A stretch of DNA of 64,000 bases from Callorhinchus milii (taxonomy: Eukaryota). The position numbers were made by a program, and so were the translations under genes. Under the pieces are notes generated by a model that saw only the letters and a program-made list of their open reading frames with translations, ran no database searches and was not told the DNA's origin. Below are positions 42,116 through 56,849 of this stretch, piece by piece. Within the stretch, counting starts at the first letter, position 1, and the number at the start of each line of letters is the position of its first letter. The stretch is from the NCBI RefSeq assembly GCF_018977255.1, contig NW_024704742.1, forward strand, positions 20,276,001 to 20,340,000, read 5' to 3'.

Positions 42116-42494
42116 GTTCCGTCTTCTAAAACAAACAAAAAATAAAAGAACATGACATAGAACAGGTAATCTCTTCTCTCTGGTCACCGAGTACTCATCC
42201 AGCACTGCACTACCCTTTATCTGATGCCAAAGTAAAATAAACACTACTCATCTATCTCTCGTAAATCTTTGAAGTGGAAGAATTCACCAACAGCATTGTG
42301 AACTATAGGTGGGATTTAAACCCATCTCAACTTCCGTCCGAGATTTAACACTGTATCTTAGACTTTGTCGCCTTGGGATGTCCTCCCGACATGAAAGGCG
42401 CTATACAAATGTAATCTTGTTGCTGTTGTTGTCGCCACACTTTTAGTAATCACTATAGTTTCAGATTAGTGAAAACAGGGAAAGCGGAAAACTT

Positions 42495-42880
42495 TGCCGC
42501 CCGCATATTTATCCGGACCAAACTCCGTACCCACTTCTCACCAGTTCTGACCAGGCTCCCCATCACTAAACGGATCGACTTCAAGATCCTCTCACTGATG
42601 TTCAAATTCCTTTACTCTCTGGCAGCTCCCTACCTCTCCGACCTCCTCACTCCCCAATCTACCACCCGGCACCTCCGCTAGACTGGCACCGACTTCTTCC
42701 TCGTCCCTCACACCATCCGCCTCACCATCGGAGATCATGCTTTCAGCCACTACCCCCCAAAACTCTGGAATACTCTCCCTCAATCCCCCTGCCTTGCCCT
42801 CTCTCCCTCTTTTCAAGTCCTCCCTGAAAATCTTCGACCGTGCTTACGGCCACCTCCCCATCCCAGGCTGGAGTCAGGCT
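42495..42880 (+). mobile_element. Diverged L2 3' fragment
   Basis: ORF 42469..42681 contains LPITKRIDFKILSLMFKFLYSLAAPYLSDLL. Confidence 0.75.
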
Positions 42881-44423
42881 CCACCACTTTATAATTGCAA
42901 GTTGTGTGGTTGAAAGGAGAACCCCTTTGTTTCAGGGATTATGATATTCTCTAGGTTTTCTTCTAATCAAAATAGTTAATTTGAATATGTTGTGGTGGGA
43001 GTCTTACACAAGCAAATCCTTCCGAATAAATAAATAGTCTCCCTGACTGACCAGTGCCTTGGGATGTCCTCCCGACGTGAAAGGCGCTCTATAAATGTAA
43101 TTTTGTTGTTGTTGCTGTTGTAGTCGTCTGACTGTGTCTATCTTAATGCATGTGCAGCCATGAGGTGAGTGACCAATTAATCAGGAGAACAGTCGGCCAT
43201 GATCTAACTCGTTTGCTGGGATAAAAGTGCAAGGCAGAGTAGGAGCTGGAATAGTGTCAGTGTGAAAGATGACAACTATAGCACTACACAAATTCAGGTT
43301 AGACACTTATTTACATACCATAAGTCATATGGTTTTACAACTGGTTCTTTTACCCTTACTCTTTTTATTCAAGGTGGTGGCAGCAGTCCTGGAACTGGCT
43401 CAGAATTTGACCTTATTGGTGGTAATAAAGCTGTCGAAACTTCTCCGGTAATCAACACATTTCAGCACATATTTGAAGCACAGATATCCTTTGGCTTCAG
43501 TGCTTGCCATGGTTTAATTATAGCATGTATACTCTTGCCAGTCAATGAGGTAATGCAAATTTATGCTCTCCTGTTGCGATCTATAATCCCGTGAATGATA
43601 TTCCAATGCGCCTTCTGAAGTGCTCTACTTTGTGTATACAGCACTAGTCAGAGTGGAGTTGAAAGCCTCAGCAGGTTTTGCTTCGTTTGATTCACTACTT
43701 ATTTGCAATGAGCTGCTGTGGCACTGACACCACGTTAACATAATTTACCATGGGAGAGCATTTGTTATTTTCGCTCTGAATAAAAAGGACATTACGGACA
43801 GATGGGCCTCTAAATTGCAGTGATTTGATTGGGTATGAGTAACAATAACATTATTGTTACTAAATAAATAAATACCAAATAAACAAACAAACAAACAAAC
43901 AAATAAATAAATAAATAAATAAATGAATCCTTCCCCACCCCTAAGTTTGTCCTGTGGATACTTTACTTTGATTCGCCCACACAATACAGTCAATTCACAT
44001 TATAGTATGCTTTGTGAAGCGCTTTGAAACGTCTCAAAGATGTGATAAGAAGCTATACAAAATCTAAGGATTGCTATTATTATACAAACTACTTCCAGGG
44101 TCAGATTTAGATGTATAGTATATCACTCTTTGTGAATTGCTCTTGCCAGGGACTAAGGAGAGCATTGTACAACTAGGCACATGAGCAAAGCACTCCAAAC
44201 CAGCATCAAATGCTGATTACTTATTTAATGGTATTAAAGAATTGGGAGTGCAACTGGCTCTTTAATAGCATTGAAAAGCTTAACAACAGGCTAATGAGAG
44301 ACAAAATAACACTTAAACTTGTGTTTTTAAAATTAAATGTTCTTTAAAAAAAAATCAGTTTCAGTATAAATTTGCAGATTTTTACTGTGATAGTTAAACA
44401 ATTCAATGAGGTATTGTTAGAAT

Positions 44424-45742
44424 AATGTGGAGTTCCACAGGGGTCTATTTTGGGACCTCTTTTATTTAACATCTTCATAAACGACCTGGAGCTAGGAGTC
44501 ACAAGCACCAGTGGCTAAATTTGGAGATGGCACAAAGCTAATGAAGGTGGAAGACTGAAAAGATGATCAGAATAGATTAAGGAGGAATTGAACAATCTTG
44601 GGAATTGGGCAGATCGGTGGCAGATGAAATCTAATGTAGATGAATATAAAGTGCTTCACATGGGGACAAAAAATCCAGGAAGGGAGTATCCTACAACAGT
44701 GCGCATTCCTTCGCTCCACCAGGACTGGCCTCCTCCTTGTCCCTCGAGTCCTCCGCTCCACCATCGACGGCCTTGCCTTCAGCCACTATGCCCGAGGCTC
44801 TGGAACTCCCTTTCTCACTCCCTTTGCCTCATCCCCTCTCTTCCCACTTTCAGGTCTCAGCTGAAGACCTTTCTTTTTGACCGTGCCTTTGGTCAGCTTC
44901 CTCCCCTCCCTTGGCTTGGCCCCGGGATCTGCAACTGTGAAGTGCTTTGAAACACCGTCCGACGTGGACGATGCTATATAAATCCAAGTTGTTGTTGTTA
45001 TTTAAATGGTAAGAAAATAATCTGTACGGAAAATGAAAAGGATCTGGGGATCCTGATTGACAATAAATTGAAGCTATCCCAACAGTGCTCGGTAGCCGTG
45101 AGTAAGGCAAACCAGATGCTAGGCTGTATTAAAAGAGCAATATTGAGCTGAAATATTGGGGCAATCCTGCCACTTTATAAATCACTGGTGCGACCCCATT
45201 TGGAATACAGTGTACAGTTTTGGTCACCGCAATATAAAAAGGATATTGCAGTGATTGAGAGGATACAGAGGAGGGCAACTAAAATAATTGAGGGGATCGA
45301 GGGATGGGACTACGATGAGCGATTCGATAAACTGGGCATGTTCACACTGGAGAAGAGGAGGTTGAGGGTTAATATGATAACGGTCTTTAAGATTCTGAAG
45401 GGAAAAGATAATTTAGACCATGATAAGCTGTTTTATCTTGTACTGAACAGTAGAACCAGAGGACACTGCCTGCGATTGAAGGTGGGTAAATTCGGAACAA
45501 ATCTGCGGAAACATTACTTCAGTGAGTGAGTAGTAAACTTATGGAACAGTCTCCCTAGGGAGACGGTGGAAGCAGAAAATATCATTTGTTTCAAGAACGA
45601 ATTAGATAGATTTCTGCTGGAGAATAATATCTCAGAATACAGGATATAGTTTGGGACACGACATGTCAACTGACTGTCAGGATGGTGGAAGGTGAACGAG
45701 ATGGACCTTGGTCTTCTTTTGCCTAGCAAATTCTTATGTTTT
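44424..45742 (+). mobile_element. CR1 LINE 3' half (same family as 17700) with a nested L2 fragment at ~44690-44998
   Basis: GVPQGSILGPLLFNIFINDL; RPHLEYSVQFWSP..ERIQRRATK..LEKRRLR. CR1 sequence resumes tatttaaatggtaag after the L2 (gtt)n tail. Confidence 0.92.
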
Positions 45743-46040
45743 TAATGTGCATAATTGCATCAAAGATACTGATTCTGCAGTTTCACCATTGATTTGATAA
45801 TCCCATACAATAACTGGCTGTAGTGAATAGCCCAGTGAATTTTGTTTGCAATGAGTACTTTAGACTAAATAAACAACTTTTGTGCAACTATTTGGGTAAA
45901 ATTGAATGAGAAAGTTTGTGTAAAATTGGCAAATGTGTGTGTTGTGTGGGGGGAGGTGGTTCTCACTACAATAGTGATTTGACAAAAATCTGGTAAAATT
46001 GCACTGAGCACTACACACTCTGCCTTTGGGAAATCCCACT

Positions 46041-46369
46041 ATAATAATAATAATAATAATAATAATCCTTGCATTTGATATAGCGCTTTTCACGTCGGGA
46101 GGACGTCCCAAAGCGCTTCACAGAACACACTGTAAAGTGAATTGACTGTATATTTGTGGGCGAAAGCGGCAGCCAATTGCGCACAGCAATGTCCCACAAA
46201 CAGTCGTAGATTGAAAATGACCAATTTATTATTGTTTTTTGTTTTGGAGGGATTATTATTAGGCGTGAGGAGTAAGGAAACTTGCCCAAGGTTTCGCCCT
46301 GCCTGGAATTGAACTCAGGTCTCTCGCTTGCAAAGCGAGTGCTCTAACCACTGAGCTACAGGACTCCAC
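46041..46369 (-). mobile_element. Full-length young tRNA-SINE
   Basis: Reverse complement near-identical to the 17155 and 18070 copies; (aat)n tail. Confidence 0.92.
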
Positions 46370-46574
46370 TAATGGTTGACATCACAAAAGTGATAGGTAT
46401 AATACTCACTGGAATTCTTCCCCAAAGGTTAAGGTATGATAAAATCCCCAACACCATAATACTGGAGTTTTAAATTACAGGAGTTATAAAAAGGAATATT
46501 ACTTTAGTGTTACAGTGGAAGTGTTATGGTTAATCCTCTAGAACTCTGCTTGGATGCCAACCTCAGTTCTAGGA

Positions 46575-47140
46575 AAACAGAAGCAGGTAGCGATTCAGCC
46601 CATCAAGCTAGTCCCAGCAGTTTATTAGATCTTGGCAGATCTTTTAATCCCAATGTCCTGTCCTTTCAGCCTAGCCCACAATATCTTTACCCAACTATCC
46701 ATCTACCTTTCAAGTATCCCTATTGATTCTGCCTCTGCAGCTTTCTGGGGCATAGAGTTCCACAACTTCATCACCCATGGATGAAGAATTGCCTCCCAAC
46801 CTTGGTTTTATTTTCTTGGTTCTGATTTGAAGTCATCTTGGCTTTTCTCCCTTGTCTCTCTGCCAGAGGGAAGAGTCACTCACTTTGCAACCTGTCAATT
46901 CCTTTCATTATTGTAAATACATCAATCAAGTCACGACTTAACCTCCTGTATTCTGAGGAATATAACCTCAGTCTACCCGGCTTCTCATTATTGCTAAACC
47001 CCTTCAAGTTTTAATTTAGGGAACTGCTATTAGACTCTCTCCAAGGTGGTATATCCAAGTACACAATAATGCAAATAACTGGAGAAGGCCCTCCTTACTT
47101 TTATATTCAAGGTCTTGTAATAAATATCAGCATTCCAAAT
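46575..47140 (-). mobile_element. Old CR1 3' region
   Basis: gattcagcccatcaagc..; agagttccacaacttcatcacc; acttaacctcctgtattc, reverse CR1 motifs. Confidence 0.65.
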
Positions 47141-49626
47141 TGGGCAGTTACATCTCAGCCCATTTCTTGATCATTTTATTGCTATTGGTTCTGCTTCTGT
47201 GCAAAATAAGCATTACAGTTATTATTTCTCTGTCTGTGTTCAGTTTACACCACCAGCTCCCCCTACCCCTTCTGTTAACATCACACAAAACCGGTGAGTG
47301 GGGCTCGCTGAACCTGGGCGCTGATCTCCATGCTACTGCTTCGCTTTGTTTAATGTGGAGACCAGCTCTCTGCTTGAATGGATCTCTTTCCTTTCTGATG
47401 TCGACCACTGATGGGATTTCACAGAGGTGCTGTGCTTGACATTAACTGCAACTTTTCCCCTCTTCTGTCAAGTCACCGTCATGGTGCGAGCCACCAACTC
47501 CCCCTACCCCTTCTTGTATAGTGCCCTGGGACGTCTTTCCGATGTGAAGGACGCTATTCAAGAGTAACTTGTTGTTGTTGCTAACTTCACACAAACCATC
47601 TTTGCCCAAACAGCTGCATAAAAGTTACGAAGTATGAAGATCATACACGCAGCAATGGAGTGACATTGTCAGGCAGCATAGGCAATACGTGATCAGTGCT
47701 ACAATATATAAATATCTGCCTGCCACACAAAGTGGTGATAGAGTGCTTTGGTTGTACATAAACTGCAACATTTGTTCTGCCACTGACAAGTCAGAGGCAA
47801 CATAAGTGAGTGTATGGGGTGGATAGAGTGGGTTAAACTAATTATATTGCTGATATCAATATCGTCATGATCTGATCCATCTTGAAGCCTGTCTGTACCA
47901 CTCACTATAGCTTCATTAATAAGTTTGCGACCATTACTGATAGACTTACACGCTTCAGTGGAAACAAATTAGAAGTTCTGAATGGGAACTTTACTTTTCA
48001 TCGTCTCTGAATCAACATCAAGTTTCTGCCTTGACTGGTGCAGTATTACATTTATTATATTTTGAACAATAGAGGGATTTAGACCTGCCCTAATTAGATT
48101 GACAAACCTTTGCTTGCTTCTTCTCCAGAGCAAAAATCAAAGTATATCCAATGCTTCTAGAAAATCATGCCAATTTTATCAGCCAATTCAATGTTGTGTG
48201 GATCCGATATTTAGATAGATATTCTAGAGTAATTATTTGAAATGAAGTTAGTGAGGGCATCAGATAATAAAAATGTCTTCAGTGTGGATGTGATATTGAA
48301 CTGAAGATTGAAAATGTGCATAAAGCAGATTTTATGCTTTGGTGTGCTTAAATGTAAACTGTCTTGTTAACACTTGAAAGCCTGTGATACTGAATGGACT
48401 AAAGCAATGGGATTGACATTAATATCCGAGGATCATGCAATCACCGTTACTTAATCACTTTTGACATGAATAAAGCAATGGGTCAATACGACTAAGGATT
48501 TCAAATAGGTTCCCGGAAAGATTTGGCAGTTGAGTGCGACATCTTGCTGTATTGGGAAGTGTCCTGGCCAACATAAAATTGGTTGCTCATTCCACGGCTG
48601 TCTGCGGGACATGGCCATGCGCAACGACTGCCACATTTCGTCCACAAAATACACATTCAATCCACTTTACAATATATCCTGTGAAGCGCTTTGAGGTGTC
48701 TCAATGATGTGAGAAGGCGCTATATCAAATACAAGGATTATTATTATCAAGTGACATTATAAGAAAGCACACTTTTTTTTACAGCTAAACAAATACATAG
48801 GATGGGATGCGTTAACAAATTATATTGCTGATATCAATATCACAGTAATCCAGCATGAAGTTCTCATTGTAGCTTTTGTAATACATTTGTGACTATTAAG
48901 TTTGTGAAGCAATTCCTGAGCAATTCATGAGTTTCGCCCACAAAATATAGTCAATTCACTTTACAGTATATTCTGTGAAGTGCTTTGAGACTTCTTGAAG
49001 ACGTGATAGGGCTATATCAAATACAAGGTTTATTATTATGAGAAAACTTGTAGTTGTATAGAATTGTTCAGATAAGAGGAAGCCTCAAAACAATGTGACC
49101 ATTGGACTCTGAGCAAAGGTTGGAGAAATTTTAAGGTGATCCTTGGCAAAGTGAAAGAGATGTTTTCAGGAGATTTACGAAAGCTGAGAGTGTGTTAGCA
49201 AGGCACATGATTGAATCAGAGTTCCTAGGGATAGGGCAGCAGAGACTGAAAGCTTAGACCGAGGGAAACATGAACTGTAAACAAGAATCAGAAGAGCAGA
49301 GGCTGGACTATTCACAAATTGTTTCCTCCCGCTCTTTCTCACCAGTATATTTTAATTCTTTTACTAACCTTTTCTTCCATTTTGTTTCAACTTTGAAAGC
49401 TGTTACTTCCTTTTTACTTCTACTGCCCTATTTCCACTCTCTATTTTAGTGGAGTAAACAACTAGGATTGTTTGTTGTATGTTGGATTTCTATCCTTTTC
49501 CTTATCTTTTGTTTTGGTCAGAGTGTCCCACTAAATACTAATAAGGTACTTTGTCTACGTGCTATCTATTGGAAATCAATATTGTAAATCAATCAATCCA
49601 TGTACAAATTAACACACAGTGTTTCA

Positions 49627-50016
<390 letters not shown>

Positions 50017-50814
50017 TTAAAACGCTCTAATACACTGCATATCAAAAAGACCTTTGAAAAGTCTGCGTGACATTTTCCACTACTTGAAGAAAAGGTTTCT
50101 TTGGCATTTTCAGCACCGTGACAGACAAGTATCATTTGTGAAAGTACAATAGTAATGTGCTTCAGATGTAGATTTACTTTGAGGTGCGGAGGAGCGGAGA
50201 AATTAATTGTCAATGCTTTTGCGATTCAGCAGATTTGAGGCACAGGAAGTCTGAAATTACACTCAGTCTTACCTCGTAGGATTATTGTATCTGAAACCTT
50301 CTTAAAGCGTAACAGAGTGCAGAATTGTGGAAAATTCTTAAATTCAGCCATAATTTGGAAGCTGGGTTTCCTCCAATTCTTAATTCCCAATTTAAGACTG
50401 GATTTAATATTTTTTTCACAGTCCTGTGCAACCTTATATTTTAGGATAGTCTTTTGTTTTCAGTCAAGTAAAGGCATGAAAAGTCTGACAAACGATCAGA
50501 AAACAAAAAGCCAGCTGTAAATTGGCCTTTGCCAGCATTCAGGATTTTCCCAATTTCTTTCAATGAATTTGATACAGAGGTCGCTTTTAATGCACTGACT
50601 TCTCATTTGTCAACAGAGCACCACGCTGTGAATCCCAATAGTCCTTTTATTGTACCCTGACCAAGAGTGAGAGAGAAGTACTGGAAGAGCTTTCCTAGAA
50701 ACAAATGCAGTTTTCAAAGTCTGTGTAACTTAAGTTTCTTGGAGTGCGAAAAGTTGTTCAGGGGAAAAAAAATGTTTGGTGCCAAAGAGGAAACCAAGCA
50801 TTGGTACAGCCCTA

Positions 50815-51160
50815 GCACTCCAACGCAGTGTCAGAGATGCCATTCTTCAGGTGAGACATTAAATCGAGGTTCCAAATGTCTGTTCAGGTGGACATTATGA
50901 TCCTGTGGCACTACCCAAAATGTGAAGGGGGTATCTCCTGGTTTCCTGGCCAACAATCTCCCAGATAAGTTTGGCCATTTACTTCATAACTGTCTGTGAA
51001 ATATTCCTGTGTGTAAATTGGCCATTTTGTTCGCTGACAAATACACCGTTGCTACATTTTACACTAAATCATGTGAAGCGCTTTGAGACATTTTGTTATT
51101 TTGAGACATGTGATAAAGCTCTGTACCTGTAAATGCAAGGAATATTATTATTATTATTGT
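50815..51160 (+). mobile_element. Old Deu-domain SINE
   Basis: gatgccattcttcaggtgagacattaaatcgagg..ttcaggtggac..gatcctgtggcactac..cctggccaacaatc; (att)n tail. Confidence 0.72.
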
Positions 51161-52492
51161 TATTCTTATCTTGGAGGTTACTTTGGAAATGGAGGAGCTG
51201 TGAGATTTCCATTTGAGATCAGAGGAGATGGTAAGGCCAAAAATGTCAGGTGGAAGAATACATTAAATCATTAACCAATATCCATCCAGTGAAACAAAAA
51301 CTGCCTCAATTCTTAAGTCAGTGAATTCTGAAACCGTATTCATATACAACCCTATTCAAACAAATCATTTCAACCTTCGCTGCTTTTAGTTCACAGAAAT
51401 AATTGAAACTGCTGGAAATATTAAATACCAAGGAAATTCTAAGATTATTGCAGGTTGAATTACTTTTTATTTATGGAACATAATTCATTAACTAATGAAA
51501 GTTAGAGATGGACAGTCATGAATAAGAAGCTGTGTTGCAGAGTTAGGTTAAGGTTTAGTGACGTAATGTAAGAGTTGGCATCAACTATTTTTAAAATATA
51601 TTAAGAAAATACTAAATATTATTAATAATTTTTCTTCATACTTGTTAAGCTGCTTTGCTAGGTGATACACGTAGTGTAGACTGAAATGTAGTCTCATTAC
51701 TCTTTCAATTGAACAATCTGGTTTTTAGTGTGTAATACAATACCTAATGCCATGGGATTCAGGTAACAAAATTAACATTTTGTGGCTCAAGGCTTATCTT
51801 AGATTTGGTCTTAATCCATTTTGTTGGATCCAGCAGCTGACTTTACTAACCACTTAGTATGCTTGCAAATGGCTTATTTTATTTTCTCTAAAGTCAGCAC
51901 TAAAGATGCCAAACAGAAGTGATATAGCTTCAAAGTGCAGAAACAAATCACTGCTGGCACTCTTCATCTAGGCTGTAAATTTCCAAAGGGGAAAAAGACC
52001 TTGGAGACTATTGGAATCATAAAAAAGGGGAGACACGGCTTTGCTGTTTACTTCCTGAATACTGTTGCCTAATATTTGCACAGTACAACACTAAAATCAA
52101 ACTATAATATACCTCCACCTGCCACAGTTTCCACAAGTATTATCAACCTTATACTCAAGCATTTCTGATTAGGGCTTTTGTTGACAATTAAGCTAAAGGT
52201 TCTATTAAATATTTACACTGATTTACTTCGAAGAATATAAAAAACATTCAATATTTGGCACAAACAACATCTGAAATTCACAAGTAAGAACCAAGTTCCC
52301 AAGAGTTCCAATTAATTAAAATTGATCGCAATAAGATCAAAAATTCGATTAATGCTGAATTACAGTAAAACTCACATAAATCGTATTAGTCGGGACCATA
52401 AGTTATAATAACTTTTAATATGATTTACGCAAAGTCTGAGTTGCAGGTCAACTTGTATAAATTGTACAAAATCTGATTTAATCAATGACCTA

Positions 52493-52870
52493 CAACAACA
52501 ACAAGATTCCATTTATAGAGCACCTTTCACGTCGGGAGGACGTCCCAAGGCGCCATACAGTTGGGTCAGGACTCAAGCGGGGGGAAATGGTCAGGGTGAG
52601 GGGAGGGATGGGAGGGGGCGAGGAGGGGATAGAGAGTTGAGAGAGGAGCTGAAGGCTCAGTCAAAGAGAAAGGTCTTGAGACCAGCCTTGAAGGAGGAAA
52701 GGGAGGAAGCAAGACGAAGGCACTGGGGGATGGAGTTCCAGAGCCTAGGGGCTGAGAGGCTGAAGGCCCAACCACCGATGGTAGGGCGGTTGGGGCGGGG
52801 AATGTGGAGCAGACCGGAGTCAGAGGAACGGAGGGTATGGGCAGGTAAGTAGGGGGATAGTAGGTCAGAG
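52493..52870 (-). mobile_element. L2 3' fragment
   Basis: (caa)n gattccatttatagagcacctttcacgtcgggaggacgtcccaagg tail; G-rich reverse 3' UTR. Confidence 0.85.
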
Positions 52871-54094
52871 ACCTACACTGCACGAGGCATAATTCAATGC
52901 AACCGGAAGTGAGCATTGGGCCAGGTTGCTGTCAATCAGACCTGGATTAAAGGTGGGCAAATAAAAGGTATGAGCGGTGTGAAAGTAGCAACAAAGCGAA
53001 GGAGTGGGTAAGGCAAGGCACCATTGACAATGACAGTGACTCTGAACATTAACATCATGACTAAAGTTTGTGAGGAAGTCTTACAGTAGTTACATACATA
53101 AACATACTTCTGCTCCCCTAACATTTCATTGGATCTTCTAGCCTGCACCCACCCCCCCCCCCAACGTAATACAACCTGCTTCCATTGCCACTGTATTGTG
53201 ATTCCTCAAACAGGGAATCAGTTATGAGCTGGGGGTTTCTGATGGCTCAACTAAAGATTTACTGGGGGAAAGGAATTAAATTCATTAATAGAGGCACGTA
53301 GTAGAAGCAAAACAATCAGTTGTACTGTATGTCATATAATTTTAACACATACTTCATCCATTCAGTAGTACTAAAGGCTAGATCATCTAAACTTGAATTA
53401 AAAAGTTTTAATTCTGGATTCAAAGTAAAATTGAGAAGCCTGAAAAAGTTCACTACTAAATTTGCTATTTTGCTACTGATCCAGTTCAAGAACTCCCTCT
53501 TTGACTGCATCATTAGTCATCTTCTCATCCCAACCCCACTTTGGCCTCTACGCTTCCCAAATCCAGCTCCCCCCGTCCTCCTGACATGAAAGGCACTATA
53601 TAAATGCAAATTGTTGTTGTTGTAAATTGTCCCTGTCCATCTATCTATCTGATTCCCTGTGCACGAATTTAATAATTGCTTGGAAAACTTAGCTCAGTTA
53701 ATTAAGCACATCGAATTGCTGTCTGCAATCTAACTGTGGCATAAGAAAACAGAATAAATTGGAGAGAGAAGTATAGACCAGATGGTCAACACACTAGTAC
53801 TGAATTTCATTTCCTGAGAATGGCACACAGAAAAAAAATGTGTGACTCCCTCTAGTTCAAAGAGTTCATCCAGTAAGCTAAATCAACCATACAGACTGAG
53901 AAGATACCAGATTACAATGCTGATATGTATTGAGCTCATTGATCCTGGTGGTAGAAACTCTATAATTGGCCTCACTGGTGTGGGTTGATTTGTATCCTCA
54001 CTATACTCTATTAACAATGTGAATCAAGAACCACATACGCGCATTTTTTGCCGCATTTGTATTTTGTAATCAATTTCCAAGCACTTTACACACT

Positions 54095-55007
54095 TGCTGT
54101 CCTGACAGACTGCCTGTTGAACATCAAGACTTGGATGAGGGCAAATTCCCTACAGTTGAATGTGAACAAGACTGAGGCCCTCCTGATTCGCTCGCGCCAG
54201 CGCCTCAGCACCTCAGGCTCTGTCAGCATCAACCTCCATGGTCACACACTATAACTCACCGCCAGTCAGGAACCTAGGTGTCTTGTTCGAAGCTCAACTG
54301 TCTTTTCTTCCCCACATCCAAGCCATGACCCGCTCTGCCTTCCCTCACCTCCATAACATCGCCCGACTCCACCACTACCTCACCCCTCAGGCCACTGAAA
54401 CGCTTGTTCATGTCTTCATCACCTCCAGACTCGACTATGCAAATGCTCTGCTTGTCGGCCTTCCCAACTCCTCCCTCCACAGGCTGCAGATAATCCAGAA
54501 CTCTGCAGCCCGTGTCCTCTCCCGCACCAAACTCCATCACCCCATCTCCCCCACTCTCACCTGACTCCATTGGCTCCCTGTCCTTCAGAAGATCCAGTTC
54601 AAGATCCTGGTCCTCACATACAAAGCCCTCAATGGCCTCACCCCACCCTACCTCTGTGACCTTCTAACCCCCTACCAACCTGCCCATTCCCTCAGCTCAG
54701 TCGGCTCTGGCCTCCTCCACGTCCCCCGACCCACCCGCCCCACCATTGCCGGGAGCGCCTTCAGCCACTCTGCCCCCAACCTCTGGAATTCCATCCTCCA
54801 GTCGCTCTGCCTCTCCCCCTCCTTAGCCTCCTTCAAATCCCACCTCAAGACCCTCCTCTTTGACCATGTCATCAACCACCCCTCTTCCCCTTCCCTTCTC
54901 CCCCCCCCCGACCCTAGCTCGGGCCTGAAATGCTGTACTCTGTCCAGCGCCTTGGGATGTCCTCCCAACGTGAAAGGCGTTATACAAATGTAATCTTGTT
55001 GTTGTTG
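54095..55007 (+). mobile_element. L2 LINE, 5'-truncated
   Basis: ORFs 54048/54238: IKTWMRANSLQLNVNKTE; VRNLGVLF..LVHVFITSRLDYANALL..LQIIQNSAAR; tail gcgccttgggatgtcctcccaacgtgaaaggcgttatacaaatgtaatc(ttg)n. Confidence 0.92.
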
Positions 55008-56472
55008 CTTAGACCCCATTTTACACAGAATTGCATAGAACACAGCACAAAAACAAGCACTTCAGCCCAACTAGTCTGTACCAGTGCTTATACTCTACAT
55101 ATACTTGCAACCCTCCTAATGCCTTTAGCCTTCTATTCTTATCTCCCTCATGGAAACATTAAGGTTCCTCTAAAATACATTGATGTTTTTTGCTTCAAAT
55201 AAATATGCCTTTGAGTTGTAGGAAATGGCTGGGACCTGGACATCACCATACATTAGAAGCTGTCCTTCTCAGAAACACTTCAGCTGGATAACAACCTATT
55301 CAGCATCATTACTGAGAGAAGCTCAATATCGTTTCTGTTGACCTACTTATGCTACATTGCAGTTCAGAATTCACCTAAAATAGCATTCCACCAAAAGCTT
55401 CAAGGCATTCCCCATTGTACATTTCATATATTTTGAAGGATATCTAACATAATAGATGGCAGCAAATGTATGTAGTACTAAGATTGCTTAAATTTACTAA
55501 ATTCGTTGAAGAAAGTCTTATAGATTCAATCTCAAGACAAGTCAGGTACATTGAAGATGATTTTCCCCTTCAAATACTGCCCTTTCCTACTAAGGATCAA
55601 GAGTAGTTGATGGACTTCAAAGTGCACATGTCAATGATGTTCATTCACTTTAACCTTAGAATTGCCTTTTCCTTTGCGGTGTTAGCTGAGTGAAATATTT
55701 GAAGGCTCAAAAGCTTAACTTAAACACCACTATTTCACCACTAAATAGGCAAGGTACACAAAGCTTTCAGTGAGCCAGTCTTGCAAAATAGAACAGTAGG
55801 GCAAAATGAATTATCACAAAACAAGACAATCAGTGGATAAAATAAAGGGAAATCATTATTGTAGTAATTGGAAGTTCAGTGTTAATGTCACAATTGTTTG
55901 TTATTTATGCGTTGATGACACAGAGCACGCAGGTGGTCAGCACCCACTTTGACATATCACTGCCTGCAAAACCAAAAGAAGGGCAGAGCAGAATAAATTC
56001 ACCCCATAAACTCCAAAGTATATAGTTGGGAAAATAACAGACAGATAGGAGCAATTGCAAGTCTGTGATCTCACCTTGGGACTCAAAAGACTGATAATCT
56101 AAAGCTACACAAATTCTGACATGACCTCAATAGTTGAAGAGATCACCATTTGTAAATCACTCTCACATAACCCTATTTTTAATAAAACAGAATTGTTTGA
56201 TGTTACTGGCCTTTCATACCTACAATGCTGAGGACAACAAAATTCTTAGAATTTCAAGTAAGGAGTTTCAAATTGCATTAAATTAATGTTATTGCTTAAC
56301 AGAATTTCTTATGAGGAAATCTATACCAATTTCTATGGACCACAAGATTGCTCCTTCAGCAATAGATCACGTGGGAGCTGCATTCTTGGAGTTGCCGTTT
56401 CAAGTCCGGTTACTGGCAAGAGCCTCTTGTGTGACTCAGATTCCTTATCAAGGAATCTTGTTAAGAAATATA

Positions 56473-56849
56473 TAATAATAAACCTTGCATTTGATATAGC
56501 GCCTGATCACATCTTCAAGACATCTCAAAGTGCTTCACAGAATATACTGTAAAGTGAATTGACAGTATTTTTGTGGGTGAAACGTGGCAGGCAATTGCGC
56601 ACTGCAGTGTCCCACAAACAGTTGTGGATTGAGTGACCAAATTATTATTATTTAATTTAATTTATTTAACTTTGAAGGTATTATTACCCCAGTAAAGCGA
56701 CTCGCCAATCGACTAACAACCGGGTTCCTACTTACTGCTAGTTAAACAGAGGTGTGTGGAGTAAGGAAACTTACCCAACGTTTTGCCCTGCCGGGAATCT
56801 AACCCAGTCCTCTCGTAAGGGAGGTGAGTGCTTTAACCACTACGCTACA
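56473..56849 (-). mobile_element. tRNA-SINE variant with an extra ~70-bp central segment
   Basis: Same tail and body as the 17155 family plus ccccagtaaagcgactcgccaatcgactaacaaccgggttcctacttactgctagttaaacagagg; part of this segment is also at 22327-22360. Confidence 0.82.

Noticed and set aside
43262..43594. 110-aa plus-strand ORF as a nested gene
   Set aside because: GTG start, no recognisable domain, no splice support.
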